Shown here: piece after piece, positions 49,246-63,101 of the stretch
Layout of the letters: each line of letters starts with the position of its first letter
Position numbering within the stretch: position 1 is the stretch's first letter
From: Oopsacas minuta
Lineage: Eukaryota; Animalia; Porifera
Direction of reading: 5' to 3'
Assembly: GCA_024704765.1 (NCBI GenBank)
Contig: JAKMXF010000310.1
Span: 248,001-312,000, forward strand
DNA: 64,000 nt
Made by a program: the position numbers and the translations under genes
The notes under the pieces: model-generated
Seen by the model: the letters and a program-made list of their open reading frames with translations, nothing else
Databases searched by the model: none
Told to the model about the DNA's origin: nothing

Positions 49246-50139
49246 AAACAGAACGACCAGAACACCACCACCACAACAAATGTGATGTGTCTGTGTCTGG
49301 ATTTCGCATTTTGTTTAGTCTGTGTTGCAAATATTGTATAGAAAATAAATATATCTTAGAATTAAGTAAATAGCTTAATTGTAAAATAATTGGTTATTAA
49401 GGAATAAATTTAAACTTAACAGTTGAGGTTGTAGCATAAAGTTATAGAGGTTCTTAGGAGCACGCTCCCAATACATCTCCAGTCAAATGTTCATAATGTC
49501 AAAATCAGTAATTTAATGTTACGGGATAGGGAAAAAACTCAATTTCATCCTCCTGAATGGAGAATAATGGATACCTCGAGGCGCAATGTGACGAGTTCAC
49601 CGCAAAGCGACGAGCCAAAGGCTCGTATGGATATAAGATTTGAAAAGTGATAATTTGGATCCAGAAGGTATCTCAATACCCAGAGATCAGAAACGAAAGT
49701 TATTTCGATCACGGAAATCGACAGTTAAAAGAGCAAGCGAAATACCCACTTTCATAGTCGCTGCAAATAAGTTGAAATTCAACGAGGAAAGCTTCCTTCC
49801 TAATTCTCTCTGAAAGGAAATTTTAGTGGACAATCGTATATAGAGGCAGCTTCTCCCGTGTACTGCTGCAGGGTTGCGGTGGGAATGGGAATCCTATAGG
49901 ATTCCATATGGAATTTCAGAATTCTCACAGAAATCCTGTGGGAATGGAATAGGAATTGAAATTCCTTTCCCATGGCAACCCTAGGTCACTATGCAATTGC
50001 AATGTCAATCTTCCAGAAATGGTTACAACTAAGATTGAATAGCTTGTAGTATGGAGTGTAAGCGTTAATTGGAATTGTTTTAGTTGAATAGTCAGTCAAC
50101 ATGTTCGTCTAAGTAGATGTTTTGATGTATTCAATGCCA

Positions 50140-50710
50140 TTTTTCGTAATTCTTCTGGAGTGTCAGAAAATGCACGGATAAGAAATCCACTCTGTTGATA
50201 CTTCTAAATCGATAAGTAAATATAGCGAGCTTATCTATTCTTGTAAACTATGCGGTCGTTTTTCCCTTGTTTTGGCAAAGATAAAGATATTACATCCAGT
50301 TGTGGATATTCTACCGTCACCATCCCCAAATAATTACTACTCCATTCAAAAGGAGCTACTTTCTTAGCTTTGGCGGTTTGTAAAGAAAGTATAGATAAGG
50401 CGAGAGAAGAGCTAGTGATTGAGTATGGTATCAATTCCAACACCAATTGTGTTCATTTTCAAGTCACTTATGACGGTGCGTATTCTAAAGCTACTAAATT
50501 TATTGGAAGTAATATTGTTTCGCTGCCTGTAATATCTGTGGACACGATTCAAGTAGTTGCGTATATTGTGGGGCAATAAGAAATGTAGTTAGTGTGTTCA
50601 TTTGAGTTCAAGTTGGAAAATGAGGAGATTTCATATAACGATGAAAAATGGGTTAGCCACAGACATATCTGTAATGTAACACACCCTGACACCACTTCAA
50701 GCCGTTATGA
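50140..50710 (+). pseudogene. decayed Mutator-like transposase of a different subfamily
   Basis: YSIQKELL.../CKESIDKAREEL...QVTYDG...VISVDTIQVVAY...W..HRHIC resembles the V(S/T)YDG...I.V.TG.V.DY family pattern; several stops. Confidence 0.5.
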
Positions 50711-51612
50711 GGCTTGATGTGGTGTCAGGGTGTGTTACATTACAGATATTCAGATTCAGCGTACTGTGTTACCCCTGTGTAGCCGTTTAGAGCAAGCCTG
50801 TACGCATATTTTGAGATTTGGCTAATTTGTTTACTTTATATTCATAAAAACAACAATAAATTTACATATGATTAATCCAAAAGTGTGAAAATCGGATTCA
50901 GCATGTTTGAAATATTAGTCAAGTTTACTGAATTATTTACTTCCTTGAAAAACACGATAAATACATAGTTGTGAGACAATTTCAAAATTGCATACCGTAA
51001 ATGCTTTCCTTGACAACGGACAAACAAACAAACAGAGAACAATTGAAATTTAATAATCGTTATTTTTGAAAAATATCAAAAACAATAATCAGCATGGCGG
51101 AATCTGATAAGCAACAAATAGAAGTTAATACCACTAACGATGATTTACTTGACTCGGGCCCAGATAATAAAAGTATCCCCGACCCTACCTGCAAGCTATC
51201 TGACGGTGAGAGTGAAACTAAAGATATCACGATGCAGTCCGGGAAGAAAACATGGAAAAAAAAAGAAAGGGAGGCGACCCTAATATAGCTCTTAGTTTTA
51301 TAAAGGTAAGTTAATTAGAGACATAACCAGTGGAAACACCTATTTACAAGAAGGGGTTACCCTTCAAATTAACATAAATATTAGCTTATATTATTATAAT
51401 TAACAATGTATATACCGTGTATTGAATCCATTATTCAAAATAGTAAATATCCTTAAAATAATTTATTCGATTCTCTTAAATGTAAATAACAACAAATTAT
51501 TGTTGGAATTGGAAGTTAAGTAAGTTTACTGAAATTATGGAGTTTATGAAAAAAAATTTGGAACTCATAGATAATAGAAGATCTAAACTAAATATGTACT
51601 ATGTGTGTGGAA

Positions 51613-51968
51613 CAGGGATGGAACCAGTCTAAGATCTCGACCGGCCGGTCATAATTTCTGAATATGGTAAATCTGAATTTGATACTGTAATCATATTGAC
51701 CAAAAATTTCAACTTAGCAGTTCGATTAAACTAGACCATAACTAAAAATTTCATACATTTTTGAATAAATATTTATTCATCAACCATGAGCAAAAGAGAT
51801 TTTCTACTTTCTGCTATATCCACAAAATATTCAACATATTCTCACCGTGTGCTACTTGTGTCACAAGTGGCAGGGTGTTCCAATACTTTTGGCCAGGCAG
51901 TGTATAGTCAAAGTTACCAGGCGACCGGTCGGGTCGGGTCATGAAAAAGCTGACCGGTTCCATCTCTG
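51613..51968. mobile_element. hAT MITE (356 bp)
   Basis: TIR CAG(G/A)GATGGAACC(A/G)GTC (15/17); perfect 8-bp TSD GTGTGGAA. Confidence 0.92.
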
Positions 51969-52799
51969 GTGTGGAATGTGATACAGTATATCTATAACAA
52001 ACTATATTAAAGCGATATATCAAAAACTCTCTGAAATATCAAAATGTCTTAACCTATCAGATATGAGAGTTTACGAATAAGGAAAATAACATATTATTAG
52101 ATTTTAGGCTTTAACAAAGGTAATTATATTGCAAAAAATTAACGTTCCTATTTTGCAAAATTACTCAAATAAAAAATCAGGGGTGGAAATGATTTGCTTA
52201 GTAATAATAACAAATTTTAAGAGACGAAGAACAAATCAGCCAACATAGCCCCAGCCAATGTACTACTGATGAACCACTAAGCGAATTAGATATTATTGAT
52301 TCAGGAATAGATTTACCTTCCGATACTACTACTGCAAACATCAATAGTATTCCTGTACCGATCAAAAGATTAATTCGAGTTAGCTGCAGAGGAATGGAAA
52401 ACTATTGAACCAATAATGGGAAGAAAATGGCTCTCTCCAAGTTGGTGTAATATTTTGCATCAAAAATTGCCAAGACTTCTGGTAGGATAGCTAATTTGAA
52501 TAATAAAAAGTTCATTTGATTCCTGGTATGCATCGTTCTCCGAACTATGACCTACTATATTACACGGCTTGCTAAGCAAAGAATTGCCAAAATAGGCCAT
52601 TTATTATATTCTGTTTAATTATGAAGAATTACACACGGCGAAAATATCTAGAATACATGCTTTTCAGGTTATTTTAACGTGATATATGCTGATTCCACGA
52701 GAAACCTACCGATACAATGCTGATAGGCTGATACAACGTGATACAAGACTGATACATTCAATTTAAGCTTAAATATAAGGATGAATAAGATTGTCTAAT

Positions 52800-55260
52800 A
52801 TCGAATGAATGTGAGTGTTTAATATCCAGCTCAATGATTGTGCTTAACCACATTCACTACTGCTATAGGAATATTAGGGCTGGATCACAGTAAATGAGTG
52901 GGGCAATTGCATGTTTCAAATTACGAGCCATTTGACCTTTAAATATCCACTTTAATGTTGTAAGAGAGGGTAGTGACTAGTGAGTAAGTAAATTTGTCGT
53001 TCAATAGCTCTAGAAACATGTTAAGGTGTGCAGGGATTCACTCCATTTGTTCAGGGATAACTAAGATAACACATTTAGTCTTACAATAAATAGAAATTAC
53101 CGCAATGCTTTCCTCATATTTATATTTAGCAGTTAAACTATTAATATTGTTCCTACTAGAGTGAAATGAGGGGAAATAAGCAAATATAGCCTTGTCAAGG
53201 ATATAAAGGTTGGCAGATATTTAAATGTAGAGGTAATATCACCTGTGTTAAGGAATTTAGCTTATAAATTTGGGAGTTAGCCTTTAGGGATAATCACATT
53301 GTAAAAATAGCTCCGGAGACAAAATATGTAGAAGCAGGGTTCTATTTTATCCAAGCCAAAGTTTCTCTCAATGGCACTGATGAATCAAAAACAATCTAGG
53401 GGTAATTATATCTAAAACGTCTGTTTTAACAATGTTGTTTCAAAGTAATATTCTGTCCGTGTCTGGTATATTTGTGTTTTCTCAGGGATAGTATGCTTGT
53501 ATTTGTCTCAGTCATACAGATTAGTAAGGGTTAGTTTGTAGATATATTGTAACTGAATATCCAGTCAAGGGTCTTGGAATTCATAGAATCTCCGTATTAG
53601 ATAGCTGATCCTAGCTTTATAGCAAATAATGATTAATTAATTATCAGTCTTACACTAATAGTTGAGATATATTCACGTACATAGGTATTCTTGGGCCTTT
53701 TATAGATTTGTATGTGCGGATTTTCTCTTCATGTGTTAGTAAAAAGCGTTGTCAGCGTCAGATGTTGTTCCATTGTATTTGATGGGGATGATACTGGTTT
53801 GGTACGATTGCAAATAATTCTTCAACAAACATGATAAATTCCAGGAAACATCCAGTTTATACAATAATAATAATAATAATAATAGTAATAATAATAATAA
53901 TAATAATAATAGTAATAATGTTCTACAAGGAGATTGTCAAGGTAACATTTTGTCTCAGTCCTTATACATTTAGATTTATTCTTGTACAAATTGTGTTCTT
54001 TGGAAAAAAGTAAGAGTCAGTGTTTGCAATGTGTGATGTGAAATTGTTAACTGATGAGGTTTGAAGGATTGTCAGAGAAGGAATCGGAAGCTAGTACAGT
54101 AATACTATGATGTTTCAAATATTTTTAATATTTCTTTGGGCAAGATCTGAACAAAACCAATAATCGATTTAGTTAGACAGTGATTAGGAAATAAAATGAT
54201 ATGTAGATACTAGAGATCTTGTTATCTCATTCTCAACAAGTCCCGAGAATGTTGAAGTAAAATCAAGTCTGTGTCCTTTAAGCATATTCAGTTCAGAGAT
54301 TCTACACTGTATAAACACTCAAATCATATTTATCCTGATGCCAGTTTGAATATAATTTCAATATAAAAGTCTTAGTTCAAATATTTCGTCAGATATCGCT
54401 GTAGGTTTCTAATGTATATAGTTTTCCAGATTTGGGATTATCTTACACAATATCAATTGTCTACAGTTATCTCATTTCATCTTCTCTTCGTATAGAATAG
54501 CTATTCGTATCATAAATTCATTTCATTCTTGGCTATAAGGATTAGCTCTTCACTGAATTTGTCATTTGTGATCCTCTTGATAGAAATAAATATCAAATGT
54601 TGAGATAATAGTGTCTCGTTTTCCATAATAAATTCAATTTACAAATACTTTTACAGGGTCTGTGACAAAGTAATTTGTCTGTACATTGTGTTCTATATTG
54701 TTATAATTGTTTTGTGTTACAGATAATACATTGGAATTAATTAATGAGTCATGTATTTGCTAGGTGTTGTTGATGAGGGGAAAGGTATTGTGTGCTAATT
54801 GCATTAAGATAGCAATAAAAATTTCATATAATACATTTGCAGATTTCCTGAGTAGCGATGTAGTGTGATTTAGTAGCCGGGTTTTGTATACTTGAGTCAT
54901 TGTAAAAATAATTGGATGGTTATATGCAGTGTAGGCTCAAAGTGTTCATGTTTTAAAGTGATCAATTCTTCATGATAGAGCTTGAAGTAGTTGGTGTGTG
55001 AGTGAAGCTGTGTTTCCACTTTGGAATTGAGAATAAATTATCAAAAATAGAGTTCGTGTCAAATATTGAGTATAAGAGTTGAAGTTACTGGAATAGTCAG
55101 TTGGATGTCGGTTCTATAATATTATTTTCTAGTTAACATCCTGTCTCTGTCGGTTTCACCCTAACTGAACATATTTACAAGATCAGTGTTTGTATTGTGT
55201 TAATTTGAAAATTTGGAGAGTTTTGGAACATTCGAGTGTTGAGGATTATTTAACCTCAAA
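52800..55260 (-). mobile_element. highly decayed non-LTR retrotransposon (AP endonuclease region)
   Basis: Minus-strand fragments LICMTETN (about 53510) and YNHPII (about 54920) resemble the APE motifs xxTET and SDHxPI; many stops; boundaries approximate. Confidence 0.35.
53863..53919. repeat. (AAT)n microsatellite with two AGT interruptions
   Basis: Direct reading of the sequence. Confidence 0.9.
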
Positions 55261-55390
55261 GGAATGAGCGGGGACTATAAAGAAATATGTAATACCTACT
55301 AACCATTGTGACATCAATCCCTGGAAAGAGGCAAATTACACTAAACATTGGAAAATCCATTGATATACGAAGGTGCATTAATTAATAATA

Positions 55391-55540
55391 CAATAGAACT
55401 CGGTTAAGACGTCCTTGTCTTAAGCGTACTCTTTTCCCCAAACCGTATCTCATTAATTGGAGAAGAATACGGATAAGACGATATACTTTGGTTAAGAAAT
55501 ACTAATTTTCGTTTTCCTACGTCTTATCCGAGGTCTACTG
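55391..55540. mobile_element. pogo-type MITE
   Basis: TA|CAATAGAACTCGGTTAAGACG...CGTCTTATCCGAGGTCTACTG|TA. Confidence 0.8.
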
Positions 55541-56208
55541 TATTCGTACTAATAAATTGAAAACAAATGTGGATAAACGCATTAAGGGTTTTGAACTTTT
55601 AATGCACTAGATATGCAAAACGGCATTCCTGGACAGATGGAGTGAATCCATAAACAAATTAGTGGAATGGTCAAATTCTAGGGAAGTTTGGCAGGACAGA
55701 ACGAATGAAATTTTATCATACTTTAAGCTCAGATTAAGCCCAGAAGGGCTGGCTAAAATTTTCTTCTCTAGACACTATATCACTTTGAGCAGGAGGACAA
55801 CCTTGGAACACTGATAGAGAAGCCCAAGAATTGTATATCGTAAGGTATTTGAGGATCCAGAAAGGCTAAATGCCAGATAACATCATAGTTATGGATGAAA
55901 CGACAGTATGGCTGATCATAGCTTGCTATATACTCGGCTTGTTAAGCAAAGAATAACACAAAGAATTTCCAGGCTATTGATAATAAAGATTCATGATCAA
56001 ATCGATTATTAATCCTTCGAAGAATTTCACAAATTGTCATGAATTCAAGTATTATCACATACGACGGAAACATCTAGAACACTTTTGTCCATGATTAGTC
56101 AGTAATTCTAACCAAATTAGCACGGTTGCAGTGGCAAAGGAATTCAATTCCCATTTCCATAAGGTGTGGCATTAATGGTATAGCTGCAAATGATACAGGT
56201 GCTGCAAC

Positions 56209-56342
56209 AAGAGGCGTAGCCAGGGTGCGGCATATACGGCACATGCCTCACCTAATTTGCGTTTGCCCAACAAAAGTTTACATAGAAATGTATTACATAT
56301 GCGACAATGCCGCACCTTTTGATGACCCTAGCTACGCCTCTG
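56209..56342. mobile_element. hAT MITE (134 bp)
   Basis: TIR (A/C)AGAGGCGTAGC; flanks GCTGCAAC / GCTGTAAC (7/8). Confidence 0.8.
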
Positions 56343-57384
56343 GCTGTAACTACCTCTCCAATATTCGGACTACTTCATTGCGTTAATATGTGTACATTAA
56401 ATATTTTTGTATTATGTAATTTTAAAGTTACTCTATTATTTCGCATAATAAAGTAACTTCAAACAGAGAGTAAAAGAGTATATATCAGACAAAAGGCACA
56501 TGGGTGTTCGTAATAACCTCATAAGTGACGCCACTTCCCTATTCACAGGGAAATATGGCTTCATTCTCTGAGCAGTTATTGATTTTAAAATACTACTTGT
56601 GTGTCAAAATCCTACGCAACAAGCCTTTGTCATCCCCTGAAGTGGATATGGAGTTTATAAATCCAATGTTAAATTTACCCATTCAAGTTTCGAACAGTAC
56701 AATGTCTTCGATTCAATATTATTTGAATTATTATTAGAGATTTCCTTTGTTGCTCTTCAATTACACAAACCAGTCAATTCAATATGCTCCCAAATCGTAA
56801 TACTATATTTAATATGAAACTAACGGCAAAGACGTACAAGTTTGCAGTTTTCATCATATGTATAAATATACTCATAAAGAGGTGAAGAAAATTTGATATT
56901 AATGGAGGACCCGCACAGTACATAGCCAATGGACAATATCAATTTTCCAAATACTTCGTATATTCACAATGTATAAGAATTGGAATTTTGTGTACACCCA
57001 TAAGTTCGGAAATTCTCATAAATAATTATTACAAATTTCCCTAATTTATTCATTCCTACTTCTTACTGATTTCTTCCCTAATTTCTATGTAACAATACAA
57101 ACCAGACAAACAAGCAAACAAATTCATAAATAATAGACTATAAAGGGTGCAGAATAATATTATTGCAAAATATGCTATTCTTCAAATTCCAGGGCAATCC
57201 AGCAAAAATTAATAAATTTCAGAAGTCACTTCATGTTGGCAATTATATTGGTCGAAAAACGCGTTTCATGAGAAAAGGAGTATAGGGCGATAGAAATCGT
57301 CAAAGTTATCGGATAAAACGATTTTGAACCCTCTAGCTCCAAAACTGACTGAGTTAAAACGGTTTAAAGATATGTCCCCGAGAA

Positions 57385-58921
57385 CGGATACCAACAAAAT
57401 GTTCCAGACATTTCGTTCCACTTTTGATTGGCCAATGTTTGTTAATAATTTAACAGGTTTTAAATGGCTAAATAATATTGCAAATATAATCAATTAATTT
57501 GGGATGAATGATTTCAGATTAATCTAATGTTACAGTATTGATAGCGTAAACCTAAACATAGAAGTTCTGTGTTAGCAAAGTGAGGTAAGATGATTTATAG
57601 TAAAGGTAACGAATTTATATTAGGAATGCAAACGTAGTAATTAATTCCATTGATGGAAAAGATGCGAAATTATTGTATGTTTGCCAGTAAACATGGAAAG
57701 TCACCTGTGTAGTTCTATTTAATTGTTGCAACTGTATTATTTTCAGCTTGCATTATCAGCTAAAAGATTTTTTGCCATATTTATATATTCTATTTACTAA
57801 CAACTCTTCATTTATCAATGGATCCTGATCAGCCCTCTTTCCGGCTGATCACAACAAGTAAGGGAGGACAGAAGATGATAGAAGGAGGATACTTATATTT
57901 GATGCATAGGAGAGTTGGAGAGAAATGACACATTGGCAGCGTGAGCAGAGAGGAGAGTGTAAAGCAAGGGTTCGCACGAAGGGAATGGAGATAGTGAAGC
58001 GTACGAATGAGCATCTGCATGCACCTGATATGCAAGCCGTAGCCTGCACATCAGGTGCATGCAGATGCTCATTCGTACACTTCACTATCTCCATTCCCTT
58101 CGTATGAACCCTTGCTTTCTCTTTCCCTCTCTCTCCATGCCAATCTGTCAAATCTTCTCTCTCCTACCTCTCTCCGGATTTCACTAATTCCTGACGGTGC
58201 AGCTACCAATTGAAGTGGACAGTGGTCGAGATGTGGTAGCTGCACCCAAGTAGATCTTAGTTTAGTTTTTAGTTTCTATTTGTTTTGTTTTGTTTTGTGT
58301 TGTTTCCTATTTGTTATTAGATAAATGTATAATTAATTAATTATATTTCTTGGAAGTTACTTATTAATAACACAAGTAGTCATATTTAAACTGGGAAACT
58401 AGAATTTATAAAGAGCTTTGGTTCAATAATCTCGACAAAAGCAATGAAATATATAAACTTAAGACATTTCTAATTGGCCATCTGTACATTGGCTTAGTCA
58501 GGCCTGGTTTCCCCTAATAGCGTGATCGTAAACCGCAAGCGCAACTCGCTCGTTTATATAAAATATTGCGAACACAAATAAAGCAAACATTACAAGACGC
58601 AGCTTTGTTGCATCGTATGTGGTTCCGGTGGGCGGTATACATATATAATCAATAACCAATGTTTTTAGTCAACAGGGGCAAAACCAACACAGGGCGTGCT
58701 GCACAGCACTTCGATAACCGTGCACATCTAGATCTCATTGCGAGTATACATGCCAAATCTGGTCTTAACCCCTCCAAAGTCCAAAGGTGTGAACAAGGAA
58801 GTAATTTCAAGCTAAGTTGACTAATTCATTATTCACTAGGTTAAAAATGAATAATTCATTTTGAATTATTCATTATTCTTGAGGATATTTCTATGAATTA
58901 GTCAACTTAGATTTCAAGTGA

Positions 58922-58956
<35 letters not shown>

Positions 58957-59580
58957 CAGTGGAACATCTGAATTACGGTCACCCTTGGATTCAGGTAAAT
59001 GGCCGTAATTTCGGGGTTATCAATATAATTTGGTACTAATAAATGGCTAGAAGTAGGAATTATGGGGTGTCTGTAATTCTGAAATAAATTAATGTTAATG
59101 TCTATTGGAAATTTGGAATTCAACCGGGACAAAGAAGCTCAAAGAAGCGGGCTCCGAAAAACAGGTTTTAGCACCCACTGAATCCGCCAGGACGCTAAAA
59201 TTGATTGAAACAAATGCAATAAGATCTAGTCAACTGCTCTTGAAGCTTTACCAGTTTGTAATAACTCTACGGAATTATATCTGTCATCCTCTAATAATAA
59301 ACTGTCTATTTTCGACCACAATCTAAATGAATCTATACAAGCTACTTAGTTAATCTATTTAGCAAATTATGCAAAGCCATTGGTAAACCAATTTTATTTA
59401 AGTTAGAATTAACCAAACGAATTCAGACAAGAAATTAGTTCAATTATTTAGCCATGTAAAACCTGTTAAATTATTAACAAAAATTGATCAATCAAAAGTG
59501 GAGCGAAATGTCGTGGAACGTTTTGTCGCTGGAACGAAATGTCTGGAACATTTTGTCGTGGAACGTTTTGTCGGACTTCC
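57385..59580. mobile_element. non-autonomous MULE (~2.2 kb) containing the FLYWCH hairpin
   Basis: 9-bp TSD CCCCGAGAA (57376-57384 and 59581-59589); about 90-bp inverted ends (57390-57480 versus 59445-59575) with TGGAACG...TGTC tandem units. Confidence 0.82.
58921..58956. repeat. (CA)n(TA)n microsatellite abutting a pogo-type left end (CAGTGGAAC at 58957)
   Basis: Direct reading of the sequence. Confidence 0.8.
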
Positions 59581-60662
59581 CCCCGAGAAGTCCAGAAAGG
59601 AAGAAAGCCAGTTTGATGATTCACATTTTGGAATTACTAAGCCTCTTATTTATTCAAAATTGACTTTCTTGCGGTTTCAAGGTATGAGGAATCCATTGCG
59701 ACCACTAAATAAACTCAAACGGCCATCCTTCAATTCGTTCAGGCGCAAAATCACAACATAAAGTTTAAAATAATCGCTGATCAAAACAATAATTTAATGA
59801 ATTTTTGTAATTCTCAAGTTTCATTGTAAAATATATATTCATCGATTCTGGATAAAGATTCAGCACATTTGCTTTAAAATCAATTCAAAATCAAAATTTG
59901 TTCTATCTAAATTATTAAATCTCAATTGTTTGTTTGTTTGTTTGTTTGTTGTTTGTCCGTTGTCAAGGAAAGGATTTACGGTATGCAATTTTGAAATTGT
60001 AGCATAACTATGTAATTATCGTGTTTATCAAGGAAGTAAATAGAATTCAATAAAACTTCACTAAATATATCGTACATGTTGAATCCGATTTTCACACTTT
60101 TGAATTAATCATATGGAAATTTCTTGTTGTTTTTATGAATATAAAGTAAACAAATTAGCCAAATCTCAAAATATACGTATCTATATATTTGGAGTGTATT
60201 ATAAATAATGAAAAATTGTAAAATATATCTTTCTCTCAACTTGGCTACCTAAAGGGAGCAGGGATGCACAAATCTGATATAAATCAGCCAATTTTGAACC
60301 ATTTTAGTATGAGGATTTATGTTAATTAAGACGCAAATGGTCCATTAAAACAACATTAACCTAAATTACTGAATTATTTAATTAATGAATTAATGAACTT
60401 CTATGATACATTACAAGTCTACATGGAAGTGAAAATTCTGATTAACTTAATAGGTAATTTATTAATTACATTTTTCCCGCTATATCAATACTTTGATCGT
60501 CACTGATATAATTACTTAACTTTGTAACTATTTACAAATGAATACTAATCAACAAACTTCAAACAGAGGGGGAAGAGGAAGTCGCAGACCTTGGCGTGGT
60601 GGCTATGGCCATCCTTTTTTAATGGAATTACTACAAACTTATGATAACATTGTAATTACAAT

Positions 60663-61616
60663 CTATAAAGACTTTTGTTTCTTATCAATAAACCTGTTGA
60701 CTGCTTTACTAACATTTACTATGGGTTTATCTCTTGAAATTGTTTCTAAGAGTTTCAACTGTTTCTCTCGTTCTGATTTTAAATCTCCTAACACAGGATC
60801 AAACATTCTCTTCTGCCCTCGAATTGATTTAGGTTCTCCTTTAACTTTCTCACTAAACCTATAAATATATCAGAAGATAAATATTATCACAAATACATGT
60901 ATATAGCTAATACTTACTTTCCAAGAGAGGGAGTAGAAACCTTTGCAAGGTTAGTCATCATATTGAGTTCCTTCTTTCCTCCTTTCTGTCCCTTATTTGT
61001 GAGGAGGTGGGGAGCTTTAATCTTACCCTCATGGTCTCTCATAAGGTTCCTCACTCTCTGGTACTCATTCTTTGCTACCCTCTCTCTCTTCTCTTCTTTA
61101 GCCTTCTCAAAGTAATCTTCATATGGATCCTTCTGGTCTGGAATCTAATAGCAAAATAATTAATCTAATATATAAGTAATAACTTAGTACTTACCTCAAC
61201 CAACCACTGATCCTCTGGTCTCTTACTAGCCTTCTTGTATCCCCATCTTGGTTTCCATTCCTGTCCTCTTTCATCCCACACCATCCTACTCCTCTTTTTA
61301 TTACTCACTCCCTTCGCTTTGGAATATCTCTCCCATCTAGTCAGAGGCTTAGGTTGAGGAAGAGGTTGAAATCTAGGAAGCTGGGTTTTAGGTTCAGGTA
61401 GTTTGACAACTGACAGATGTCCGTTCTCTCGTGAAGAAGTTTAGACAGCTGACTGAACATTGTTTGAGCACATTGTTGTGTTATAATCAATAGCTCTTGT
61501 TCATTGGGAATACCTCCCTCATTAGTTAAATGGAAATCTATGTCAGTAGCCATTAAGTTACCAAGATCCATCTCTAGACCTCGGTTAGTTACATGTGGAC
61601 ATGTAGTGCTAGCCAT
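60663..61616 (-). CDS. RRS1: ribosome biogenesis regulatory protein RRS1, 3 exons, with a 1-nt frameshift in exon 1
   Basis: Exons 61616-61195, 61144-60918, 60858-60663 (introns 50 and 59 nt). Motifs LEMDLGNLMA, LPEPKTQLPRFQPLPQPKPLTRWERY, VWDERGQEWKPRWGYKK, ERVAKNEYQRVRN and AKVSTPSLGKF. Exon 1 is 422 nt where 423 is needed. Confidence 0.9.
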
Positions 61617-63037
61617 AGCTAATGATTAAGGAAATGAACGAGTAGATGAACTGTTTGGTTGTGCAAATAAACCTGGATAGTATGATTATTATAAAGTAAA
61701 CAAATACTACATATCCTATACATACAAGTTATATAAGGTTCACTAATTATTATACAAACAAAGTAAAGAAATAAACAATTCAATATAAAATAATAATAGA
61801 CTGGGTCATTAAATTTATTATAGTGGGTTTTAAAAATAATTTCGCATAACATGAGTCTCTTTATTATGAATAACATTGTTCCGTGGTGGTTACGATATGC
61901 GACTCTGACTGCATAGTGTATAAACGGTATATACCTAAGCCTGAAACTGTTGGCTATCTCTCTAACATATAATATACAGTGGAACCTGCTTAACGGTCAC
62001 TGATATATAACGGTTACCTGCTCAAATCGGCCAGCTAAATATAGTCCAGTGGACAATTTATAATAGTAATCGACCTCTATATAGCAGCCACCTGTACATA
62101 ACGGCCACTTTGGACCGCTGCAACACTGGTACGTACCGTATATGTAATCCATCACGTCATGAATAAACCACCATAAAGTCAAAAGTTGTGACTTCAGTGG
62201 TGTCTGCTTATTAGCAGCCCATTCAGGTCCCAAGTGGAGATTTTGTATTATCAATTCCGTTCCATTCCCTGTAAGCATGCTAGCAACTTCAAAAATTAGC
62301 ATCGAAAATTCGTGAAAAATATGAGTTGCTAATTAATGAATTCGACGAGAATTCATTAATTCCTGAGATTTGAATTTACTCATAATCATTGTAACGATAT
62401 ACGAAATAATATAATCAACATACGAGATGTGACAGCACGCTACGGTTACAAATGTTACGTATGTTTAGGGTATTTATGTTAACATGGTACATCGTACAAA
62501 TAAAACCAACGATTAGAAAGCCAATATATTGCAAGGTGATAATAGTGACGTCATAGCAAAGTCATTACCATGAAACCAAATAAAGGATAGTTCTATACTT
62601 GTAATTGGAAAAACATTTCATGAATCAAATTGGACGAATTAGGCTTTGTATATGCTTGATTTTGATTTCCTTGAATTCACTTTGACTTATATTATTGCGT
62701 AGTTTACGATTATTGGTAACATCAAAGGCAAGTATAGTCCATTGAGGGGGACAGGTAAGACTGGTTATAGAAGATTCAATGAAAAGTAATATGTGAACGG
62801 TAGAACTCTGATATATTAACTGGACGCTCAGCGAGAGCACATCGATCTAGTTTCCTTCCAAATAGCACGTATAATTTGTAAAGCAGTTTTGGTATAATTG
62901 TGGCCAAGTGAAGTATTTAATGTTTATCGAAGGATGAAAATAATAGAATTAAAGAACAGACCTGTAAATGTGTTGTAGAGATTCAGTCCAGAACAAAGTC
63001 AATCAAGAACAACAGGGTCAGAATAGTGAGAGACGAG

Positions 63038-63065
63038 TGATGAGTGATGAGTGATGAGTGATGAG
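63038..63065. repeat. (GAGTGAT)4 tandem repeat
   Basis: Direct reading of the sequence. Confidence 0.85.
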
Positions 63066-63101
63066 AGATGTACGAATTGAATATTGGTAATTTATACAAT
63101 A

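Noticed and set aside
51094-51288. 64-aa acidic ORF as a gene
   Set aside because: No in-frame donor before the stop and no downstream exon identified.
53831-54013. Poly-Ile ORF as a membrane protein
   Set aside because: Translation of the (AAT)n microsatellite.
62547-62554. TGACGTCA (CRE) upstream of RRS1
   Set aside because: A single 8-mer about 900 bp from the ATG; the same word occurs in coding and 3' regions, so chance is sufficient.
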